Assembly (NCBI GenBank): GCA_963665325.3
Contig: CAXXWS020000002.1
Span: forward strand, 1,184,001 to 1,248,000
Source of the DNA: Alphaproteobacteria bacterium
Lineage (GTDB): Bacteria > Pseudomonadota > Alphaproteobacteria > Bin95
Direction: 5' to 3'
Length of the DNA: 64,000 nt
The notes under the pieces were generated by a model. It ran no database searches, was not told the DNA's origin, and saw only the letters and a list, made by a program, of their open reading frames with translations. Shown here piece by piece: positions 20,419 to 30,358 of this stretch. The first letter of the stretch is position 1, and every line of letters begins with the position of its first letter. The position numbers and the translations under genes are program-made.

Positions 20419-21360
20419 CTATGCGGCCTTCTGCTGTCCCGTCATTGCCTCCGCAGCCGGAATGACTTCCTCTACCAGGCGGCGCGTCTGGTCCATGATC
20501 TCGTCGTCGTCGCGGCCCATCGGGCGCAGGACGAACTTGGAGATGCCTGCATCCACGAAGGCGGCGAGGCGGGCGAGGATGTCGTCCCTGCCGCCGACGG
20601 CCCATTGCCGGCGCGGGTCGCGCCCGGTGCGCTTCATCTGGGCATCGGCGGCCTTGGCCACCAGCGGCTCGTCCCAGGAGCCGAAGCGCGCATTCAGCCC
20701 CGAGCCGAAATGCTCGTGATCGAATGACCGGCCCTCAGCTTCCGCCGCGTCGCGAATCGCGGCCACAACCGGGCCCACTTCCTCCGGCGCCTCGCCGCCG
20801 GCCTGCCAGCCCGTGCCCCATTTCGCCGTCCGGCGGATCGCGGCCCGGCTTGACCCGCCGATCCAGAGCGGCAGCGGGTCCTGCACCGGCCGCGGCGAGA
20901 TCGTGGCGTCCTTCATGGCATAGAACTCGCCCTCGAAGCTGACCTTCTCTTCCGACCACAGCCGGGAGATGATCTCCAGCCCCTCATTGGTGCGGCGTGC
21001 GCCCTTGTCGAAGGCTTCGCCGCGCACCTGCCATTCCGGCCCGCGGGGACTGCCGACTCCGAAGGCCGGCAGCAGCCGTCCCTCGCTCAGCATGTCGATG
21101 GTCGCGCATTGCTTGGCGATCAGCAGCGGATCGCGCAGCCCGACCGATGCGACATTCATGCCGAACTTGATCCGCCTCGTGCGCCCGGCGATGGCCGCCA
21201 TGGCGCTCATGCACTCGAGGATCGGCTGGCGCGAGACGAGCCGGTCCGTCTGCCAGAGCGAATCCACACCGCCTTCTTCGCAGAGATCGACCCAGCGCCA
21301 GAAGGCGCGCGCATCCGAGAACGGAAAATCCGCCAGTCCCAATCCGACACCGATGCCCAT
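20419..21360 (-). CDS. LLM class flavin-dependent oxidoreductase
   Basis: DSLWQTDR, ATIDMLSEGR, PLWIGG. Confidence 0.9.
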   Translation of the reverse strand: MGIGVGLGLADFPFSDARAFWRWVDLCEEGGVDSLWQTDRLVSRQPILECMSAMAAIAGRTRRIKFGMNVASVGLRDPLLIAKQCATIDMLSEGRLLPAFGVGSPRGPEWQVRGEAFDKGARRTNEGLEIISRLWSEEKVSFEGEFYAMKDATISPRPVQDPLPLWIGGSSRAAIRRTAKWGTGWQAGGEAPEEVGPVVAAIRDAAEAEGRSFDHEHFGSGLNARFGSWDEPLVAKAADAQMKRTGRDPRRQWAVGGRDDILARLAAFVDAGISKFVLRPMGRDDDEIMDQTRRLVEEVIPAAEAMTGQQKAA

Positions 21361-21428
21361 TGCCCGCCGCTCCTGCTATATCCGGGGGTGACTATACCCG
21401 AGACATCCGACAGCCGGGAGCGGCACCC

Positions 21429-22385
21429 ATGGAATTCGGCCTGAGCATCCCCAATCGCGGCCCTATGGCCACCCCGGAAGCCATAAGGGCGCTGGCCGAA
21501 AAGGCCGAGGAGAGCGGCTTTGTCCGCCTCGCGATACCCGACCATATCGTCATCCCGAAGAACTATGGCTCGCGCTACCCGTACGACGTTTCCGGCAAGC
21601 TGACCGGCGACTGGGGCGACTGCATGGACCAGCTCATTTTGATGACCCATGTGGCGGCAGTCACGAAGAAGGCGCGCATCCTCTCGTCGGTCATGGTGGT
21701 GCCGCACCGGCCGGCCGTGTTCACGGCGAAAGCAGTCGCGACCATGGACGTGCTGTCCGGCGGGCGCATCGACCTCGGCGTCGGCGCAGGCTGGCTGCGC
21801 GAGGAATTCGAGGCCATCGGCGCCCCCGATTTCGACGCGCGCGGGCGCGTCACCGGCGAATATCTGGAAGCCTTCAAGACGCTCTGGACCGAGGAGAATC
21901 CGGCCATGGCGGGCGAGTTCGCCGCGTTCGACGGCATTATCTTCGACCCGAAGCCCGTGCAGCGTCCGCATCCGCCGATCTGGACCGGCGGCGAGAGCGG
22001 ACCGGCGCTGCGCCGCGCGGCGCGCCATGCCGATGTCTGGTTCCCCATCGGCGCCAATCCTCGCCATCCGCTCGATACGCCGAAGCGCTTCGCCGCCGGC
22101 GTGGCCCGCATGCGCGCCGAGGCGGAGAAGGCCGGCCGCGACCCGGCGGAGGTCGGGCTCGGCTTCTCGGCCAACTGGTACCGCGAGGACCTCACGCGGC
22201 AGAACGACGAGGGCGACCGCTTCATGCTGACCGGCTCGGACGAGCAGGTCGTCGAGGACGCGGCCGCGCTCCACGAGATCGGCGTGACGCGGCTCATGTT
22301 CAATTTCCTCCGCCCGAGCCCGGAGGAGACCTTCGATGCCATCGACCGCTTCCGTGAGAACGTGATGGCGCGGCTCCTGCCATGA
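21429..22385 (+). CDS. LLM class oxidoreductase, probably F420-dependent
   Basis: [43 protein letters not shown]. Confidence 0.88.
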   Translation: MEFGLSIPNRGPMATPEAIRALAEKAEESGFVRLAIPDHIVIPKNYGSRYPYDVSGKLTGDWGDCMDQLILMTHVAAVTKKARILSSVMVVPHRPAVFTAKAVATMDVLSGGRIDLGVGAGWLREEFEAIGAPDFDARGRVTGEYLEAFKTLWTEENPAMAGEFAAFDGIIFDPKPVQRPHPPIWTGGESGPALRRAARHADVWFPIGANPRHPLDTPKRFAAGVARMRAEAEKAGRDPAEVGLGFSANWYREDLTRQNDEGDRFMLTGSDEQVVEDAAALHEIGVTRLMFNFLRPSPEETFDAIDRFRENVMARLLP

Positions 22386-22732
22386 CCGCGCCGCTCGAAC
22401 CGGCCGCTCTTGAGGACGTGCGCTTCAACGAGGCGGGACTCGTCCCCGCCGTTGCCCAGGCGCACGACACCGGCGAGGTGCTGATGATGGCGTGGATGAA
22501 CCGCGAGTCGCTGGCGGAGACGTTGCGCACCGGCCGGGCCTGCTACTGGTCGCGCTCGCGCCGGGCCTTCTGGCGCAAGGGCGATACCTCCGGCCACACA
22601 CAGGAGGTGCGCGAATGCCGTCTCGACTGCGACGGTGACACAATCCTGCTGCTGGTCGAGCAGACCGGCCCCGCGTGCCACACCGGCGCCAGAAGCTGCT
22701 TCTTCCGGCGGATGGAACAGGAGAGCGATTAA
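22382..22732 (+). CDS. hisI: Phosphoribosyl-AMP cyclohydrolase
   Basis: [14 protein letters not shown]...[22 protein letters not shown]. Confidence 0.96.
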   Translation: MTAPLEPAALEDVRFNEAGLVPAVAQAHDTGEVLMMAWMNRESLAETLRTGRACYWSRSRRAFWRKGDTSGHTQEVRECRLDCDGDTILLLVEQTGPACHTGARSCFFRRMEQESD

Positions 22733-22734
22733 CC

Positions 22735-23355
22735 ATGATCCGTGTCTTGCGCGGTCTCGCCGCCTGTCTCGCCCTGTTCGCCGCCGGGTGCTCGACCACG
22801 CCGCCTGACAACCAGGGCAATCTCTGCTCCGTGTTCGAGCAATATCCGGACTGGTACGACTATGCCCGCGCCAGCGAGAGCGAGTGGGGGACGCCCGTGC
22901 CCGTACAGATGGCGTTCGTCCACCGGGAATCGAGTTATCGCAGCCATGCGCGGCCGCCGAGAAAGTGGCTCTGGTTCATCCCGTGGGGCCGCCAGACGTC
23001 GGCTAAGGGCTATGCGCAGGCGCTGGACGGCACCTGGGAGGAATATGAAGACGAACGCGGCGGGCTGTTTCGCAGCCGCTCGGACATGGAGGACGCGCTC
23101 GACTTCATCGGGTGGTACAACCGCAAGAGCCACCGCCAGCTCGGCCTTGCCTACACCGACGCCTACAGCCTTTACCTCGCCTATCACGAGGGGCGCGGTG
23201 GCTATCGGAGCGGCAAGTGGAAGAACAAGCAGGGCGTCAAGGCCGCCGCCCGCAAGGTCGCCCGCATGGCCAAGCGCTACACCTCCCAGCTCGCCAAGTG
23301 CCAGTCCCAATTCCGATGCGACTCCTGGTACCAGATCTGGCCCTTCTGCAGCTGA
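22735..23355 (+). CDS. Transglycosylase SLT-like lipoprotein
   Basis: Lipobox AAGC; HRESSY, SAKGYAQALDGTW, YLAYHEG. Confidence 0.85.
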   Translation: MIRVLRGLAACLALFAAGCSTTPPDNQGNLCSVFEQYPDWYDYARASESEWGTPVPVQMAFVHRESSYRSHARPPRKWLWFIPWGRQTSAKGYAQALDGTWEEYEDERGGLFRSRSDMEDALDFIGWYNRKSHRQLGLAYTDAYSLYLAYHEGRGGYRSGKWKNKQGVKAAARKVARMAKRYTSQLAKCQSQFRCDSWYQIWPFCS

Positions 23356-23418
23356 CGGCGCCAGACAGGGTCATCGCCTGCTGACGGACTCCCCGTCCGC
23401 TCGGTGCCCGAAGTGTAC

Positions 23419-24336
23419 CTACAGCGCCGTGACCTCATACCCCAGGCGGGGGAAGTGGACGTGGATGGGGCCGGTTTTGGGGTCCTGGCGGCGGATTGTG
23501 ATTTCGGTCGGGGTCGCATGGACGACCTCGCCTTCCACGGGGTCGAGGGCGAAATCCTCTGTGGCCACGCGGACGCGCAGGCCGGGCGGGATGTCCCCGG
23601 GCGGGCCGGTTGAAGGCGCGGGCGCCGGCTCGGCTTCGGCCGCAATGCGGAGCGCCTCGGCCGGCGTCAGTTCCGAGCGCCGGCCGTGCCCGATGGCGGC
23701 GATCCGGGTCATCCAGTCTTCGATGCGGGGATAGCCGGCGAGAACAGGGGCGGCCCTGCCGTCAAGCGCCTTCAGCCACCAGAGGCGCTGGTAGAGGGCG
23801 AAGTCGGCGACGCGGGGCGTCCGGGTTGCAAGGTCCGGCCCTGGCTGGGCCAGCAGGTCTTCCACCCAGCCCAGCATGAGGCGAAGCTGGCCTTCCTGGT
23901 GGGGAAGGTCGGCCGCCACCCGCTCCATGCTCGGCGCCTCATGTCCCCTCATCGCCGAGCGGTCGCGGAAGAAGCCCTCCGACAGTGTCTCGCGGTTCAT
24001 GCCGGTGACATAGCGCGCGGTCGGCCACATCAGCGCGCGCTCCGCCCATGTCGCGAGCACGGCGTCGAACCCGTGCCCGTCTTCAGGCAGCAGCGGCGGG
24101 TCCGGGACGCGGCGGTCGAGCTCCATCGCGATGCACAGCGTGTCGCAATAGATGTCGGCGCCGACCTGCAGCACTGGCGTGCGACGGAACCCGCCGGTGA
24201 GCGGCATCAGGTCCGGCTTCGGCAGCACCATCGGCTGGATGACCGAGCGCCATGCCAGGCCCTTCAGCCCGAAGGCGAGGCGGATTTTCTCCGCATAGGG
24301 CGATATGTCGTAATGGTGCAGAATGAGGTCGGCCAT
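23419..24336 (-). CDS. Glutathione S-transferase family protein
   Basis: LHHYDISPYAEKIRL, PLTGGFRRTPVLQVGADIYCDT. Confidence 0.92.
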   Translation of the reverse strand: MADLILHHYDISPYAEKIRLAFGLKGLAWRSVIQPMVLPKPDLMPLTGGFRRTPVLQVGADIYCDTLCIAMELDRRVPDPPLLPEDGHGFDAVLATWAERALMWPTARYVTGMNRETLSEGFFRDRSAMRGHEAPSMERVAADLPHQEGQLRLMLGWVEDLLAQPGPDLATRTPRVADFALYQRLWWLKALDGRAAPVLAGYPRIEDWMTRIAAIGHGRRSELTPAEALRIAAEAEPAPAPSTGPPGDIPPGLRVRVATEDFALDPVEGEVVHATPTEITIRRQDPKTGPIHVHFPRLGYEVTAL

Positions 24337-24423
24337 ATCCGCAAACCCGGCGCTGTTGACAGGCGCAAGCAATATCGCCGACGAAACGGAGCGCAACCCC
24401 TTCGACAAGAAAGGCCTTCCGGC

Positions 24424-24615
24424 ATGAGCGAGACAGAGAGAGACGAACCCTTTCCGGGCTACCGCTTCGACCCTGCGGCGAGCGCCCGCGCGGACCGCGC
24501 CCAGGCCGTCCTCCGGAGCGCGGTCCTCGACCATGGCGACGGCTCGCTCTTCGACACGGAACCGCAGCATATCGAGACGGCCCTGGCGCGCCTCGCTCCG
24601 GAGTCGGGCGCATGA
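24424..24615 (+). CDS. Small hypothetical protein (63 aa) coupled to the amidase
   Basis: ATG at 24424; its stop overlaps the amidase ATG (ATGA); sequence MSETERDEPFPG...LFDTEPQHIETALARLAP. Confidence 0.6.
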   Translation: MSETERDEPFPGYRFDPAASARADRAQAVLRSAVLDHGDGSLFDTEPQHIETALARLAPESGA

Positions 24616-26021
24616 GCCTGACCGATCTCACTCTCGCCCAGGCCGCGGCCGGCGTCGCTGCGGGCGAATTCACGGCGATGGAGCTGACGGAAGCGGCGCT
24701 CGCGCGGATCGAGGCGGTGAACCCGAAGCTGAACGCCTTCGTTCGCGTCGAGGAGGAGACCGCCCGGGAGGGCGCGGCCGCCGTCGACGCGAAACGGGCC
24801 GCAGGCGAGCCGCTCGGGCCGCTGGCCGGCGTGCCACTCGCGCACAAGGACATGTACTACCGCGAAGGCGGGCTCACCACCTGCGGCAGCAAGATCCGCA
24901 GGGAGTTCCGCCCCGAGGTGACTTCAACCGCATTGGGGCGGCTTGCGGAGGCCGGCGCCACCTATCTCGGCGGGCTCAACATGGCCGAGTTCGCGATGGG
25001 CCCGACCGGCCATAACGAGCATTTCGGCCCGTGCCGTAATCCGTGGGACCCGACGCGGATCACCGGCGGGTCGTCTTCCGGTTCCGGTTCGGCGACGGGC
25101 GGGCGACTTTGCTATGGCGCGCTCGGCTCCGATACCGGCGGCTCGATCCGCCTGCCGGCCGGCTTCTGCAACCTTGCCGGCATGAAGCCCACCCAGACCC
25201 GGGTCAGCCGTTTCGGCGTGATGGGCCTTTCCTTCTCACTCGACAACGTGGGCCCGCTCACGCGCACGGTGCTCGACAATGCGCTGATGCTGGCGGCGAT
25301 TGCGGGGCACGATCCGCTGGACCCGACCTCGGCGCCGAACCCTGTCCCGGACTATGCCGCTGCCGCTCGTGCGCCCCGTGCTTCGGGGGTGCGCGTCGGC
25401 GTCGCGCGAGGCTTCTTCGAGGAGGACGCCGATGAGCTGGCGCTGGCCGCCCGCGACAGCGCGCTCGCTGCCCTGGTTTCCGCCGGCGCCCGGCTTGTCG
25501 AGGTCGATGTTGGCGACATGGCGCGTATCAACGCGCTGTCCGCGCCGCTCACCGCTTCGGAGGCGGCGACCCTGCACGCCCACTGGCTCAGGGAAAGGCG
25601 GGAGGACTACGGCGCCCAGATGCGCGCGCGCTGCGAGATGGGCTTCCGGTTCAGCGCGGTGGATTACCTGTCCGCCGTGCAGCTCCGCCCCCGGATCGTG
25701 ACCGCATTCGTCGAGCGCGTGTTCTCGGCCTGCGATGTGCTGCTCGCGCCGACCTTCAATGTCGCCACGCCGACGATCGAGGAAACGGATGTCGGGTCGT
25801 CGCAGGGGTTCGAGGAGGTCATCTCGCGCCTGTCGCGCTGCACGCGCCCCTTCAACTACCTGACGCTTCCGGGCCTGGCGCTGCCGACGCCGGAGGCCGT
25901 GCTCGGCATGCCGGGCTCGATCCAGCTTCTGGCGCGTCCCTTCGGCGAAGCGGCGCTCTACCGGCTGGGCGCGGCCTATGAGGTGGAGACGGGCTTTTCC
26001 AGCCGCAGTCCCGACCTCTGA
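24612..26021 (+). CDS. Amidase signature family protein
   Basis: HKDMY, GGSSSGS, GSDTGGSIRLPA. Confidence 0.95.
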   Translation: MSLTDLTLAQAAAGVAAGEFTAMELTEAALARIEAVNPKLNAFVRVEEETAREGAAAVDAKRAAGEPLGPLAGVPLAHKDMYYREGGLTTCGSKIRREFRPEVTSTALGRLAEAGATYLGGLNMAEFAMGPTGHNEHFGPCRNPWDPTRITGGSSSGSGSATGGRLCYGALGSDTGGSIRLPAGFCNLAGMKPTQTRVSRFGVMGLSFSLDNVGPLTRTVLDNALMLAAIAGHDPLDPTSAPNPVPDYAAAARAPRASGVRVGVARGFFEEDADELALAARDSALAALVSAGARLVEVDVGDMARINALSAPLTASEAATLHAHWLRERREDYGAQMRARCEMGFRFSAVDYLSAVQLRPRIVTAFVERVFSACDVLLAPTFNVATPTIEETDVGSSQGFEEVISRLSRCTRPFNYLTLPGLALPTPEAVLGMPGSIQLLARPFGEAALYRLGAAYEVETGFSSRSPDL

Positions 26022-26043
26022 GCCTGCAACTGCGCGGGCTTGC

Positions 26044-26077
26044 ATCGGGCGGGGACGGGGCATACCGTTCCCGCCCG
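26044..26077 (+). terminator. GC-rich hairpin after the amidase
   Basis: TCGGGCGGGGACGG...CCGTTCCCGCCCGA inverted repeat; no U-tract. Confidence 0.35.
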
Positions 26078-26197
26078 ACGGTCCGCTGCCGCGCGGGACG
26101 CGCTCCCACTCCGAACAGCTATCGCAAGGGACACTAGCCGTCGTTGCAGCGCGCCGGCGATCCGTCGGACGGCAGGGAACCTTCGGGGAGGCCGGCG

Positions 26198-27073
26198 ATG
26201 CAGGACTCAGCAATCCAGGGTAACGGCGCGGCGCCGGGCGGGGAGGCTCCCGAGGATTCCGTCGCCAGAGTGTTTCGCGAGGGCGTCTATCCCTATGCGG
26301 ACCGCATGAAGCGGGCTGAATACGAGCGGCTCAAGGCTGCGCTCCAGGTCGAACTGCTCAAGGCGCAGCACTGGGTCAAGGAATCGGGCGCGAAGGTGAT
26401 CCTGCTGTTCGAGGGGCGCGATGCGGCCGGCAAGGGCGGCACGATCAAGCGTTTCACGGAGCATCTGAACCCGCGCGGCGCGCGCATCGTGGCGCTGGAG
26501 AAGCCGAGCCAACGCGAACGCAGCCAATGGTTCTTCCAGCGCTATATCCGTCATTTTCCGGCGGCCGGCGAGATCGTGCTGTTCGACCGCTCCTGGTACA
26601 ACCGGGCCGGCGTCGAGCGCGTGATGGGCTTCTGCACCGGGTCGGAATATCTGGAGTTCATGCGCGAGTGCCCGGAACTGGAGCGGATGCTGGTGCGCAG
26701 CGGCATTAGGCTGTTCAAATACTGGTTCTCGGTCTCGCAGGACGAACAGGCGCAACGGTTCGACAGCCGGCTCACCGATCCCCTGAAACAGTGGAAGATC
26801 TCGCCCATCGACCTGGCCTCGCTCGACAAGTGGGACGCCTATACGCAGGCCAAGGAAGCGATGTTCTTCTACACCGACACGGCCGACGCGCCGTGGACCG
26901 TCATCAAGTCGGACGACAAGAAGCGCGCCCGCCTCGCCTGCCTGCAGCATTTCCTTTCCAGCCTTCCTTACCCGGATCGTGATATGGAAGTGGTCCAGGG
27001 CCCGGACCCGATGATCGCCGGCCCGGCCGAGCGCGTCGTGGACCGGAGCGAGCCGATGGGCTCGGGCGTCTGA
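26198..27073 (+). CDS. ppk2: Polyphosphate kinase 2
   Basis: FEGRDAAGKGG, FDRSWYNRAGVERVMGFC, DDKKRAR. Confidence 0.96.
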   Translation: MQDSAIQGNGAAPGGEAPEDSVARVFREGVYPYADRMKRAEYERLKAALQVELLKAQHWVKESGAKVILLFEGRDAAGKGGTIKRFTEHLNPRGARIVALEKPSQRERSQWFFQRYIRHFPAAGEIVLFDRSWYNRAGVERVMGFCTGSEYLEFMRECPELERMLVRSGIRLFKYWFSVSQDEQAQRFDSRLTDPLKQWKISPIDLASLDKWDAYTQAKEAMFFYTDTADAPWTVIKSDDKKRARLACLQHFLSSLPYPDRDMEVVQGPDPMIAGPAERVVDRSEPMGSGV

Positions 27074-27101
27074 CGGGCGGGTCCGCGCGCGAGCCAGCGC
27101 G

Positions 27102-27641
27102 ATGAGCCGCCGGGGGGCAGGGGTCTGGGACCCGGCCCGGCTGCGCCACTCGGCGCTTGCCTATCTCACGCGCTATGCCGCGCCCTCGGCGCATGTCCGG
27201 CGAATATTGCAGCGCCGGCTGGACCGCGCCGAAGCGCGCGGGGCGGAGATGCGCGCCGGGCCGGAGGATATCGAGATTCTGCTCACCGACCTCGTGTGCA
27301 TGGGGTTGATCGACGACCGTGCCTGGGCTGAGGCGCAGGCGCGGGGGCTTCGCCGGCGGGGCGCCTCGGCGCGCGCGGTCGCCGCGCGGCTCTCGTCTAG
27401 GGGCGCGCCGCGCGAGGAAATCGAGCGTCTGCTCGCCGGGGAAGGAGACGAGGCCGAACTGCGGGCGGCATGGGCGCTGGCGCGGCGCAGGCGGCTGGGG
27501 CCCTGGCGCGACCCGGCCCATCGCGCGGAACGGCGGCAGAAGGATCTGGCGGCGATGGCGCGGGCAGGCTTCCGCCTGGACCATGCCCGGCAAGTTATCG
27601 ACGCTGACGGGCCGCCGGAGGCCCGTGAAGCGGATCAGTAG
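27102..27641 (+). CDS. recX: RecX family regulatory protein
   Basis: ALAYLTRY, GLIDDRAWAE, RRRRLGPWR, MARAGF. Confidence 0.85.
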   Translation: MSRRGAGVWDPARLRHSALAYLTRYAAPSAHVRRILQRRLDRAEARGAEMRAGPEDIEILLTDLVCMGLIDDRAWAEAQARGLRRRGASARAVAARLSSRGAPREEIERLLAGEGDEAELRAAWALARRRRLGPWRDPAHRAERRQKDLAAMARAGFRLDHARQVIDADGPPEAREADQ

Positions 27642-28507
27642 GGGACGGAGCCCTTCACGACCGTGCGGTGCAGCACGCGCCGCTCGCTTTCCATGTCGAA
27701 ATTGGCGACCGCACGGTGCAGCAGGCAGCGATTGTCCCAGAGCACGAGGTCGCCCTTGCGCCACTTGTGCGTGTAGACGAACTCCTCCTTCGTCGCCCTG
27801 CGCAGCAGCCGGTTCAGGAAGGCGTGGCCCTCCTCCTTCGACTGCCCCTCGACGTGGCTCGTGTGGATGCCGAGATAGAGCGCCTTGCGCCCGGTGACGG
27901 GGTGGGAGCGCACGATCGGGTGCCTGACAGGGGGCCGCTCGCGCTTCTGGATATCGGTTGCCGGCGACTGTTTGGTGTTGCGCCGGTTGGCCTCCCAGCT
28001 GTGGATGGCGCAGAGGTCCGAGACTTCCTCCCGCGTCTCCCGGTCCAGGGAGTCCCAGGCCATGTGCATGTTCGCGAACTGGGTGTCGCCGCCCTCTGAC
28101 GGCGTTTCGACCGCGTGCAGCATGGTCAGCAGCGAGGGCACGGCGTGATAGGACTTGTCCGTGTGCCAGAAATAGTTGCCGCCCGAGATGCGGACCGGAT
28201 TGCCGTCCTCGTCGAGATTGTGGATCACGTGCAGCAGCGGATATTTCTCGCCGTTGGGCAAGCGCCCGACATGCTCCTCGATCTCGCCGAAACGGCGGGT
28301 GAAGGCGAGTTGCGCCTCCTTGGAGAGGGTCTGGTCGCGGAACGCCAGGATGTGGTGTTCCAGGAAGGCGTCCATGATGGCATCGAAAGTCTCGTCGTCG
28401 AACGGCGCCGCCAGGTCGATGCCGCGGATTTCGACGCCGCCCACCGGCGACAGCGGCTCCATCGTGAAAGGCGGCGGGGACGCGATTTCGCGGGCGGGCG
28501 CGGCCAT
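27635..28507 (-). CDS. TauD/TfdA family dioxygenase
   Basis: WHTDKSY, GGDTQFAN, WDNRCLLHR. Confidence 0.93.
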   Translation of the reverse strand: MAAPAREIASPPPFTMEPLSPVGGVEIRGIDLAAPFDDETFDAIMDAFLEHHILAFRDQTLSKEAQLAFTRRFGEIEEHVGRLPNGEKYPLLHVIHNLDEDGNPVRISGGNYFWHTDKSYHAVPSLLTMLHAVETPSEGGDTQFANMHMAWDSLDRETREEVSDLCAIHSWEANRRNTKQSPATDIQKRERPPVRHPIVRSHPVTGRKALYLGIHTSHVEGQSKEEGHAFLNRLLRRATKEEFVYTHKWRKGDLVLWDNRCLLHRAVANFDMESERRVLHRTVVKGSVPY

Positions 28508-28616
28508 GGGCTCCGGCTCCTGCTAGTGCTCGTATGCCGCCAAGCCTAGCCCGGAACTCTCGCCAATGTCACGGCCGAGGCGCTATGCTGGCCCCGCGCA
28601 AGCCTGCCCGGAAGGA

Positions 28617-29939
28617 ATGACCCGCATGAAATTCGGATTGCTTTACGAGCACCAGCTGCCGCGAAGCTGGGAAGAGAAGTCGGATTACGACCTGCTGCAC
28701 GAGGCCCTCGAACAGGTGGAACTCGCCGACCGGCTGGGTTTCGACTATGTCTGGGAGAACGAACACCACTTCTTGGAGGAGTATTCGCACTCTTCCGCGC
28801 CGGAAGTGTTTCTGGCCGCCTGTTCGCGCAACACGAAGCAGATCCGGCTCGGCCATGCGGTGGTGCTCTCCCCGCCGCCCTACAACCATCCCGCGCGCGT
28901 CGCCGAGCGGATTGCCACGCTCGATCTTATCAGCAACGGCCGGGTCGACTGGGGCACGGGCGAGAGCGGCTCGCGCGTCGAGATGGAAGGCTTCGGCGTG
29001 CCCATGGAGGACAAGAAGGCGATGTGGGCCGAGGCGACCGAGCAGTCGGCCAACATGATGACCATGGCGCCCTATCCGGGCTTCGAGGGGCAGTTTTTCT
29101 CCATGCCGACCCGCAATGTGCTGCCGAAACCGTACCAGCAGCCGCATCCGCCGCTCTGGGTGGCCTGCTCGCGCATGGAGACGATCCATGCTGCGGCCAG
29201 AGCCGGCATCGGCGCGCTGACCTTCGCCTTCGTCAACCCGGCGGTCGCGAAGCAGTGGGTGGACGAGTATTACGCCATCATCAAGTCCGACGAATGCGTG
29301 CCCATCGGCCATGCGGTCAACGCCAATATCGCCATGTGCACGGGCTTCTCGGTCCACCATGACGCGGAGGAGGCGAAGCGGCGCGGGGCGGACGGCTTCC
29401 GCTATTTCGGCTATTCGCTCGGCCACTACTATGTCTTCGGCGAGCACAAGCCCGGCGTGACCCCGGTCTGGGAGCGCTTCGAGGAGGCGCGCGAGCATAT
29501 GGACGATGTCGGCAAGGGCAGCGGCATCGGCACGCCGGACGAGGTGCGCGAGCATCTGCAGGAATTCGCCGATGCGGGCGTGGACCAGGTGATCTTCATC
29601 CAGCAGGGCGGCAAGAACGAACACCGTCATATCTGCGAGGCGATGGAGCTCTTCTCCGCCGAGGTCATGCCGCATTTCAAGGTGGGCGAGGAAGAGCGCG
29701 AGGCCAGGAAGGCCGAGGAGCTTGCGCCTTACATCGAGGCTGCGCTGGCCCGCAAGCCGCGCATGGAGCCGCTCGCCGAGGCGGACATCCCGGGGGTCAC
29801 CGCATACGGCCGCAATATCGTGCAGACGGACCAGGACGTGGACGCGAGGTCCACCCACCACGCCGCCGCCGACATCACCGTGCCCGCCGCCGACCCGATG
29901 GAGAGGGAGGAGGACGCGGCGGCAGCAGCGGAGGAGTGA
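28617..29939 (+). CDS. LLM class flavin-dependent oxidoreductase
   Basis: MKFGLLYEHQLPR, ENEHHFLEEYSHSSAPEVFL, PHPPLWVACS. Confidence 0.93.
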   Translation: MTRMKFGLLYEHQLPRSWEEKSDYDLLHEALEQVELADRLGFDYVWENEHHFLEEYSHSSAPEVFLAACSRNTKQIRLGHAVVLSPPPYNHPARVAERIATLDLISNGRVDWGTGESGSRVEMEGFGVPMEDKKAMWAEATEQSANMMTMAPYPGFEGQFFSMPTRNVLPKPYQQPHPPLWVACSRMETIHAAARAGIGALTFAFVNPAVAKQWVDEYYAIIKSDECVPIGHAVNANIAMCTGFSVHHDAEEAKRRGADGFRYFGYSLGHYYVFGEHKPGVTPVWERFEEAREHMDDVGKGSGIGTPDEVREHLQEFADAGVDQVIFIQQGGKNEHRHICEAMELFSAEVMPHFKVGEEEREARKAEELAPYIEAALARKPRMEPLAEADIPGVTAYGRNIVQTDQDVDARSTHHAAADITVPAADPMEREEDAAAAAEE

Positions 29940-30304
29940 TGCAGGGCAACGACCTGCTGCCTGCTGGCGGCGGCGCAGCCGAGAGCGGCGGAAACGCCAA
30001 GATCGTCTATGTCCTCTATCTCGGCGCCATCGTCATCGGCCTGCTGGCGCTGATCGGCATCATCGTCGCCTATGTGAGCCGGAGCGACAGCGGCGGGTGG
30101 GTCAACGACCACTACCGGTTCCAGATCAGGACCTTCTGGATCGGGCTGCTGTATTCGGCGGTCGGCGCCGTATCGACGATCTTCCTGGTCGGCTGGGTGA
30201 TGCTGGGGGCGGCCCTGGTCTGGTGGATCGTGCGCTGCGTCAAGGGCCTCCAGTGCGCGTCCCGCTCCGAGCCCTATCCGAATATAGAGACCTGGCTGTG
30301 GTGA
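29939..30304 (+). CDS. Small membrane protein (DUF4870-like)
   Basis: IVYVLYL...IIVAYV...HYRFQIRTFW...RCVKG. Confidence 0.8.
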   Translation: MQGNDLLPAGGGAAESGGNAKIVYVLYLGAIVIGLLALIGIIVAYVSRSDSGGWVNDHYRFQIRTFWIGLLYSAVGAVSTIFLVGWVMLGAALVWWIVRCVKGLQCASRSEPYPNIETWLW

Positions 30305-30358
30305 GGCGGCGCGCTGGCTGCTAGGGTCCCGCAAACAGAGGCAGGAGGGCGAAGACCC

